A stretch of DNA of 45,322 nt, from contig NZ_JAWLFS010000001.1 of NCBI RefSeq assembly GCF_041685465.1, forward strand, positions 1 to 45,322, given 5' to 3'. The translations under genes and the position numbers were made by a program. Every line of letters starts with the position of its first letter. Position 1 is the stretch's first letter. The notes under the pieces are model-generated. The model made no database searches, was not told where the DNA came from, and saw only the letters and a program-made list of their open reading frames with translations. The stretch is from Rhodosalinus sp. (GTDB lineage Bacteria > Pseudomonadota > Alphaproteobacteria > Rhodobacterales > Rhodobacteraceae). Positions 39,646 to 45,322 of the stretch are shown here, piece after piece.

Positions 39646-40212
39646 ATGTATCCCCTCGTGCGGATGGTCAAGGAGGTCTGGGCGGCCCGCGGGCTGGACC
39701 CGCTGCCACTCACCGCCACGCATGTCTCCCATCATCGCTGCTGGCCCTGGGATCTCGACATCTGGCTCGAGCTCAACAACGGCCGGGCGCTCACGCTCTA
39801 CGATCTGGGCCGCATTCCGCTGGCGATGCGGACGGGGCTCGTCGGCGCGCTGCGGCGGAACCGCTGGGGGCTGACCATGGCCGGGGCGAGCGTGCGCTAC
39901 CGCCGCCGAATCCGCGCCTTCCAGAAGATCGAGATGCGGTCGCGCGCGGTGACCTGGGACGCGCGGTTCATCTACCTCGAGCAGTCGATGTGGACGACGG
40001 CAGGGGAGTGCGCGGGCCATGTCCTCTATCGCTCGGCGGTGACCGGGCGCGGCGGCATCGTGCCGCCCGAGACCGTGCTCGCCGCCATGGGGCAGGACAC
40101 GACACCGCCGCCGGTGCCCGACTGGGTCGCGGCCTGGATCGCGGCGGAGGAGGCGCGCCCCTGGCCGCCGATGCAGGACGACGCGGCGCTTGCACGCGGC
40201 GGCGCGGCGTAG
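39646..40212 (+). CDS. acyl-CoA thioesterase-like hotdog protein
   Basis: CWPWDLDIWLELNNGRALTLYDLGR (4HBT-like motif); RBS aaggagg. Confidence 0.88.
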   Translation: MYPLVRMVKEVWAARGLDPLPLTATHVSHHRCWPWDLDIWLELNNGRALTLYDLGRIPLAMRTGLVGALRRNRWGLTMAGASVRYRRRIRAFQKIEMRSRAVTWDARFIYLEQSMWTTAGECAGHVLYRSAVTGRGGIVPPETVLAAMGQDTTPPPVPDWVAAWIAAEEARPWPPMQDDAALARGGAA

Positions 40213-40254
40213 TCTCCTGATGCAGGGGCGGCGACCGCCCGGAGGGAGAGGGGC

Positions 40255-41616
40255 ATGGCCGCGCCGTCGCTCGGCAAACGCATCTGGGGCTGGTTCTTCT
40301 TCGACTGGGCGAGCCAGCCTTACAACACGCTGCTCATCACCTTCATCTTCGCGCCCTACGTGCAGGAGATGGTGGGCGACGGCAGCCGGGCGCAGAGCGC
40401 CTGGGGCTTCGGGATCGGTGCGGCGGGCATCGTGATCGCGCTGTTCGCCCCGGTGCTCGGCGCGATGGCGGACACCGCCGGCAACCGCCTGACGTGGATC
40501 TGGGGCTTTTCGGCGATGTATGTCGCGGGGGCCGGCATGCTGTGGTTCGCGGCGCCCTCGGATTTCAACCTCGTGCTCACGCTCTTCTGGTTCGCCGTCG
40601 GCATGATCGGGATGGAGTTCGCGACGATCTTCACGAATTCCATGCTGCCCGACCTCGGACCAAGGGAAAAGATCGGGCGCATCTCCGGCAACGGCTGGGC
40701 CTTCGGCTACGCGGGCGGGCTGGTGGCGCTCGTCGTGATGCTGACCCTCTTCGCCGAGAGCGGCGAGACGGGCCGCACGCTGATCGGGATCGAGCCGATC
40801 CTCGGCCTCGACCCGGAGACGCGGGAGGGCACCCGCTTCGTCGGGCCGCTCACGGCGCTCTGGTACGCGGTCTTCATGGTCCCCTTCTTCCTCTGGGTGC
40901 GTGACCCGAAGCCGCCGATCCTGCCCGCGGGCGCGGTGCGCCGCGCGCTCGGCGAGGTGGCGACGACCGTGCGCCGCCTGCCGCGCACGCCCTCGCTCTT
41001 CGCCTACCTCGGAAGCTCGATGTTCTACCGCGACGCGCTCAACGGCATGTATACCTTCGGCGGCATCTACGCCGCCGGCGTTCTGGGCTGGTCGGTGGTG
41101 GACGTTGGCATGTTCGGCATCCTCGCCATCATTTCGGGCGCGGTCTTCGCCGTCGTGGGCGGCCGCGTGGACGAAGCCTTCGGGCCGAAGCCGGTGATCA
41201 CGGGGTGCATCCTGATCCTGACGGGTGTCGCGGTGGCGATCCTGTTCATCTCGCCGACGCGGCTTTTCGGGATCCCCGTGACCGAGGGTTCGTCCGCGCC
41301 GGACGTCGCCTTCTACCTGATCGGCGTGACCATCGGCGCGGCGGGCGGCGTGATTCAGGCAGCGAGCCGGACCATGATGGTCCGGCAGGCGGACCCCGCC
41401 AAGATGACCGAAGCCTTCGGTCTTTACGCGCTCGCCGGCAAGGCGACCTCCTTCGTCGCGCCGCTCGCCATCGGGGTCGCCACATGGGCCACCGGCAGCC
41501 AGCAACTTGGCGTCACGCCGCTGATCGCGCTTTTCCTGATCGGGCTCGGGCTGCTAGCCTTCGTGAAACCGGACGGAGATCGCGCCGCATGGCCCGCCGC
41601 ACACGCCTCGGTCTGA
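40255..41616 (+). CDS. MFS transporter (UMF1/ATG22-like)
   Basis: WFFFDWASQ, APVLGAMAD, GRISGNGWAFGYAGG, FGLYALAGKA; about 12 TM segments. Confidence 0.9.
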   Translation: MAAPSLGKRIWGWFFFDWASQPYNTLLITFIFAPYVQEMVGDGSRAQSAWGFGIGAAGIVIALFAPVLGAMADTAGNRLTWIWGFSAMYVAGAGMLWFAAPSDFNLVLTLFWFAVGMIGMEFATIFTNSMLPDLGPREKIGRISGNGWAFGYAGGLVALVVMLTLFAESGETGRTLIGIEPILGLDPETREGTRFVGPLTALWYAVFMVPFFLWVRDPKPPILPAGAVRRALGEVATTVRRLPRTPSLFAYLGSSMFYRDALNGMYTFGGIYAAGVLGWSVVDVGMFGILAIISGAVFAVVGGRVDEAFGPKPVITGCILILTGVAVAILFISPTRLFGIPVTEGSSAPDVAFYLIGVTIGAAGGVIQAASRTMMVRQADPAKMTEAFGLYALAGKATSFVAPLAIGVATWATGSQQLGVTPLIALFLIGLGLLAFVKPDGDRAAWPAAHASV

Positions 41617-42488
41617 GTCTTTCCCTCGCGCTCGCCGCCTGCGCGGCGCCGGAGCGCGCCGCGCCGCCGCTCGACCCGGTGCTGAGCGGGCGCGAGGCGA
41701 AGCAGCTGTTCGGACAGGTGGAGGGGCCGTCGCCCCGGCCGTCCGCCGTGATCGGCGGCTATTCCGGCGGCTGCCTCGCAGGGGCCGCGCAATTGCCGGA
41801 GAGCGGGCCCACCTGGCAGGCGATGCGGCTGTCCCGCAATCGCAACTGGGCGCATCCGGCGATGATCGATTTCCTGACCGACCTGAGCCGCGTCGCCGCG
41901 GCGCAACCGGGGTGGGACGGGCTCTACATCGGCGATCTCAGCCAGCCGCGCGGCGGGCCGATGCTGACCGGTCACCGCAGCCACCAGTCGGGCCTCGACG
42001 CCGACATCTGGATGCGCCCCGCCGACCGGCTCGACCTGACGCGGGCGGAGCGGGAGCAGCTTTCCTCGGTGTCCATGCGCCGGGCGCGCGGAGCCTTCAC
42101 CAACGACCGCTGGAGCCGGGCGCATCACGAGATCCTGAAGGCCGCCGCCAGCGACGCGCGCGTGGCGCGCATCTTCGTCTTTCCGGGGGCGAAGGTCCGG
42201 ATGTGCGCCGAGGCGGAGGGCGACCGCGCCTGGCTGCGCAAGATCCGGCCGTGGTGGGGGCATCACTACCATGTCCACGTGCGCCTGCACTGCCCCGGCG
42301 GTGCGCGCGACTGCGTGGCGCAGGACCCGCCGCCGCCCGGCGACGGCTGCGCCGAGGCGCAGGACTGGGTGGACAATATCCTCGACCCGCCGCCCCCCGA
42401 CCCGGACGCCCCGCCACCCGAGCCGCGACCCGAGCTCACGATGGCCGATCTGCCGCGCCAATGCGCCACCGTCCTGCAGTCGCCCTGA
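41589..42488 (+). CDS. mepA: penicillin-insensitive murein endopeptidase, predicted lipoprotein
   Basis: IGGYSGGCLAGA, SRNRNWAHP, GDLSQPRGG, HRSHQSGLDAD, RPWWGHHYHVHVRL; lipobox LAAC. Confidence 0.92.
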   Translation: MARRTRLGLSLSLALAACAAPERAAPPLDPVLSGREAKQLFGQVEGPSPRPSAVIGGYSGGCLAGAAQLPESGPTWQAMRLSRNRNWAHPAMIDFLTDLSRVAAAQPGWDGLYIGDLSQPRGGPMLTGHRSHQSGLDADIWMRPADRLDLTRAEREQLSSVSMRRARGAFTNDRWSRAHHEILKAAASDARVARIFVFPGAKVRMCAEAEGDRAWLRKIRPWWGHHYHVHVRLHCPGGARDCVAQDPPPPGDGCAEAQDWVDNILDPPPPDPDAPPPEPRPELTMADLPRQCATVLQSP

Positions 42489-43309
42489 TCCTCGCCCTCC
42501 TCTTCCTCGCGTCCTGCGCGCCGCCGGAGGGGGTGACCTACCTCGGTCGCCACGCGCTCGCGCTGGAGGATCCGCGGGCGGGAGGATTCTCGGGGCTGGA
42601 GCTCGACGCGACGGGCACGCGGCTCTACGCGGCGAGCGACCGCGGCACGCTGTTCGAGGCGCGGGTGCGCCGCGACGGCGGGCGCATCGCGGGGGTGGAG
42701 ACCCTCCGGGTCACGACCCTTCCCGGTCGCGTGCCCGGACGTCCCGGGGCCAGCGACGCCGAAGGGCTGGCGCTGCGGGACGGCCGGCTCTGGATCGCCT
42801 ACGAGGGGCAAAGCCGTGTGGAGACCTTTCCGGGCGGGGATGTCCTGCCCCGGGCTGCCGCCTTCGCGCGATGGCCGGAAAACCGGGGGGCCGAGGCGCT
42901 CGCCGTGGACGGGGCAGGGCGGCTCTACACCCTTCCGGAAGCGGGCGAAGGCGATGCCTTCCCGCTCTACCGCTTCGCGGAGGGGCGCTGGCGCGTCGTG
43001 GGTCGCCTGCCGCGCGACGGCGGCTTCGTGCCGGTCGGGGCGGATTTCGACGACGCGGGGCGGCTCTACATCCTCGAACGCGCCTTCGTGGGCGTCGGCT
43101 TCCGGAGCCGCGTGCGCCGCGTCCGGCCCGGTGACCGCCCGCTCGCGCCCGAGACGGTGCTGCCCGCGACCGCGCCGGGGCGGCACGGCAACCTCGAGGG
43201 GCTCGCCGTCTGGCGCGACGGGGGCGGGCGGCTGCGCCTCACGATGATCGCCGACGACAACTTCCTCGCGGTCCAGCGCAGCGAGATCGTGGAATACGCC
43301 CTCCCCTGA
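42461..43309 (+). CDS. esterase-like activity of phytase family lipoprotein
   Basis: Lipobox LASC; GGFSGL, SDRG, DAEGL, GNLEGL, ADDNF beta-propeller-type motifs. Confidence 0.85.
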   Translation: MRHRPAVALILALLFLASCAPPEGVTYLGRHALALEDPRAGGFSGLELDATGTRLYAASDRGTLFEARVRRDGGRIAGVETLRVTTLPGRVPGRPGASDAEGLALRDGRLWIAYEGQSRVETFPGGDVLPRAAAFARWPENRGAEALAVDGAGRLYTLPEAGEGDAFPLYRFAEGRWRVVGRLPRDGGFVPVGADFDDAGRLYILERAFVGVGFRSRVRRVRPGDRPLAPETVLPATAPGRHGNLEGLAVWRDGGGRLRLTMIADDNFLAVQRSEIVEYALP

Positions 43310-43402
43310 CGCTTGCGCGACCGCGCGGAAGCCCTTATGCGCGACCCGTCCGCCATGGGGGCGGGCCAAGTCCCCGACCACCTTGTCAAAACGGGAAAGC
43401 TC

Positions 43403-44026
43403 ATGACACGCGCGCATCTGCCCGGCATCCTTGCCATGGCGGCCATCGTGGTCGCCTCCAACATCCTCGTTCAGTTCCTCTTCGGCCAGTGGCTGACATG
43501 GGGCGCCTTCACCTATCCGCTGGCCTTTCTCGTCACCGACGTGATGAACCGGGTCTACGGCGTCGGGCCGGCGCGCCGGGTCGTGGTCGCGGGCTTCGCC
43601 GTCGGCGTCCTCTGCTCGCTCGTCGGGTCGCAGATCCAGGGGGAGTTCGGGCCTCTGGTCACGCTCCGCATCGCGCTGGGCTCCGGCCTCGCCTTCCTGA
43701 CGGCGCAGCTTCTCGACGTGGCGATCTTCGACCGGCTGCGCGGCGGGCGCTGGTGGCGCGCGCCGCTGGTGTCCACGCTGGTGGGCTCGACCGTCGACAC
43801 CGCGCTCTTCTTCACCATCGCCTTCTCCGCCTGGCTCGCCTTTCTCGAGCCCGCGAACGACGTCGCCTGGGCGAACGAGGCGCTGCCGCTCCTCGGGCTC
43901 GGCCCGGTCGCGCCGCTCTGGGTCTCGCTCGCCACCGCCGACTGGATGGTGAAGCTCTCGCTCGCGCTGATCGCGCTGGTGCCCTTCCGCCTGATCGTCG
44001 CCCGCCTCACCGCGCGGCCGGCATGA
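43403..44026 (+). CDS. queuosine precursor transporter (VUT/YhhQ family)
   Basis: VVASNILV, TWGAFTYPLAFLVTDVMNRVYG, RIALGSGLAFLTAQLLDV, STVDTALF. Confidence 0.9.
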   Translation: MTRAHLPGILAMAAIVVASNILVQFLFGQWLTWGAFTYPLAFLVTDVMNRVYGVGPARRVVVAGFAVGVLCSLVGSQIQGEFGPLVTLRIALGSGLAFLTAQLLDVAIFDRLRGGRWWRAPLVSTLVGSTVDTALFFTIAFSAWLAFLEPANDVAWANEALPLLGLGPVAPLWVSLATADWMVKLSLALIALVPFRLIVARLTARPA

Positions 44027-44099
44027 TTTTTCCTTTTCAGGGGCGGCGATCCGTGCCACGCTGCGACCAACGGCAACAGTAGAGAAAGGAGGTGGTCCA

Positions 44100-44156
44100 G
44101 TGTCTAGAGAAACATTGGAGCGAGGTGTCGGGACAGTCCGGGAGGCACGCCTCTGA
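44100..44156 (+). CDS. putative 18-aa peptide MSRETLERGVGTVREARL
   Basis: GTG 7 nt after a perfect AGGAGG within AGAAAGGAGGTG; TGA at 44154-44156. Confidence 0.45.
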   Translation: MSRETLERGVGTVREARL

Positions 44157-44224
44157 GGCAGCCCTGAGGGGCGACGCCCCCGGATTGGTGCGTGCCTGAA
44201 CCGGTACCGCCTCCGAGTTCTCGG

Positions 44225-44253
44225 AAAGGGCCGTCCATGGGGCGGCCCTTTTT
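44225..44253 (+). terminator. intrinsic terminator
   Basis: aaagggccgtcc-atg-gggcggccc-ttttt. Confidence 0.88.
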
Positions 44254-44284
44254 CGTCGCCGAAACCCACCCCACATTGCCCCCC

Positions 44285-44704
44285 ATGCTGCGGATCACCG
44301 ACGATATCGCCCTCGAGGACTGGGAGCTCACCGAGCAGTTCACCCGCGCCGGCGGCCCCGGCGGGCAGAACGTGAACAAGGTGAGCTCGGCGGTCGAGCT
44401 GCGCTTCGAGGCGGCGCGCTCGCCCAACCTGCCCGAGCCGGTCAAGCGGCGGCTGAAGCGCCTCGCCGGGAGCCGCTGGACGAAGGACGGCGCGGTGGTC
44501 CTCCGGGTGGAGGAGACGCGCCACCAGGCCCGCAACCGCGAGATCGCGCGCGAGCGCATGGCCGACCTGGTCCGCCGCGCGACCGAACGGCCGAAGGCAC
44601 GCGTCCCCACGCGGCCCACGCTCGCCTCGAAGAAGCGCCGCCTCGAGGCGAAGAAGAAGCGCGGCACGGTCAAGGCGCTGCGCGGCCCGGTGGAGGGGGA
44701 CTGA
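44285..44704 (+). CDS. arfB: alternative ribosome rescue peptidyl-tRNA hydrolase ArfB (YaeJ)
   Basis: RAGGPGGQNVNKVSSAVELRF (GGQ motif) and basic tail RVPTRPTLASKKRRLEAKKKRG; start MLRITDD. Confidence 0.96.
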   Translation: MLRITDDIALEDWELTEQFTRAGGPGGQNVNKVSSAVELRFEAARSPNLPEPVKRRLKRLAGSRWTKDGAVVLRVEETRHQARNREIARERMADLVRRATERPKARVPTRPTLASKKRRLEAKKKRGTVKALRGPVEGD

Positions 44705-45157
44705 TCACTCCTCCGCGCCGGGGGAGGGCAGGCGCTCGACGTTCGCCGTGTGCTGCACCCAGGACAGGAGCGCCAGCGCCCCCGCGAGGGCGAGGATCGC
44801 GGCCGAGAGCCCGATCAGCAGAAGCGGCGAGACCGAGCCGATGTCGATCAGCACGAGCTTGCGCACCACGGCCAGCACGCCGATCGCCAGCACCGCGCGC
44901 AACTGCGTGAGCCCGCGCCGCCCGCTGACCATGAGCTGCACGGAATGGGCAAGCTCCAGCGCGATGATCGCGGCGAGCAACCGGTCGAAGAGGGTCTGGA
45001 ACACGGGATAGTCGAGCGCGGCCGTCGGATCCGCCGCGGCCAGCCCGGCCTCGCGCAGGAAGCTCCACGTGGCGAGCGCGATGACCACGACCATCCCGGC
45101 CATGAGCACCCCGGCCACGACACGCTCGAAGTGGCGGTAGAGGTCGTCGAGTTGCAT
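44705..45157 (-). CDS. PsiE-like (phosphate-starvation-inducible) membrane protein
   Basis: Four hydrophobic segments with IIALELAHSV and VLAIGVLAVVRKLVLID. Confidence 0.8.
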   Translation of the reverse strand: MQLDDLYRHFERVVAGVLMAGMVVVIALATWSFLREAGLAAADPTAALDYPVFQTLFDRLLAAIIALELAHSVQLMVSGRRGLTQLRAVLAIGVLAVVRKLVLIDIGSVSPLLLIGLSAAILALAGALALLSWVQHTANVERLPSPGAEE

Positions 45158-45322
45158 GACAGGGCAACGCGGGGGTGTGGGGGTGGGGTTCCGGGAGCAA
45201 GCCTTGGATTAGCGAACCCTTGGCTAGTGGCGAAGAACAGCCGACTAGACGCTGAAGCGCTTAGCTGGGCCGTCGGCACCTGTAAAGTGAGCACTGCCTA
45301 GGGACGGAAGCGCCAGTAAGCT

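Larger units (their letters stand above)
44069..44253 (+). ncRNA. candidate structured small RNA or small-peptide mRNA
   Basis: Intergenic, lower GC, helices 44143-44150/44190-44197, 44168-44180 and 44213-44224, ending in a terminator. The 5' end is inferred from a weak TTTTCA-N17-CACGCT. Confidence 0.6.

Noticed and set aside
43384-43408. TGTCA...TGACA palindrome as a PpsR site
   Set aside because: The spacing is TGT-N19-ACA rather than N12, and the gene is not photosynthetic.
44083-44100. 16S rRNA gene fragment on the minus strand
   Set aside because: Similarity is limited to 18 nt with no flanking rRNA or ITS sequence; it is better read as an extended SD on the plus strand.
45158-45322. 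tRNA or tmRNA at the window end
   Set aside because: No T-loop (GTTCRA), acceptor stem or tag reading frame could be identified.

Overview
High-GC Rhodobacteraceae-type chromosomal segment. Bases 108-18295 are one arm of a photosynthesis gene cluster typical of an aerobic anoxygenic phototroph: bchF-N-B-H-L-M-lhaA-puhA-puhB-puhC-bciE-acsF-puhE-hemA on the minus strand, divergent from ppaA(aerR)-ppsR, with PpsR boxes between them. The cluster stops after ppsR. It is followed by an HtpX-like protease and core genes: rimP-nusA-ylxR-infB, a 47-aa small ORF, mutT-argJ-PPIase, secA, an exported-protein/PstS-OmpA/hybrid-kinase trio, yaaA-recQ, yggT, a thioesterase, an MFS transporter, mepA, a phytase-like lipoprotein, a queuosine precursor transporter, arfB and a PsiE-like gene. 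I saw no tRNA, rRNA, CRISPR array or transposase. The most notable unexplained items are: (1) a ~67-bp structured repeat in three copies, one lying in-frame inside bchB; (2) a structured, terminator-ended RNA upstream of arfB with an 18-nt complement of the 16S rRNA 3' end leading into an 18-aa ORF; (3) a 47-aa small protein below the ORF-track cutoff; (4) an atypical CTAG-rich segment at the right edge. All calls come from reading motifs and synteny; no database searches were run.
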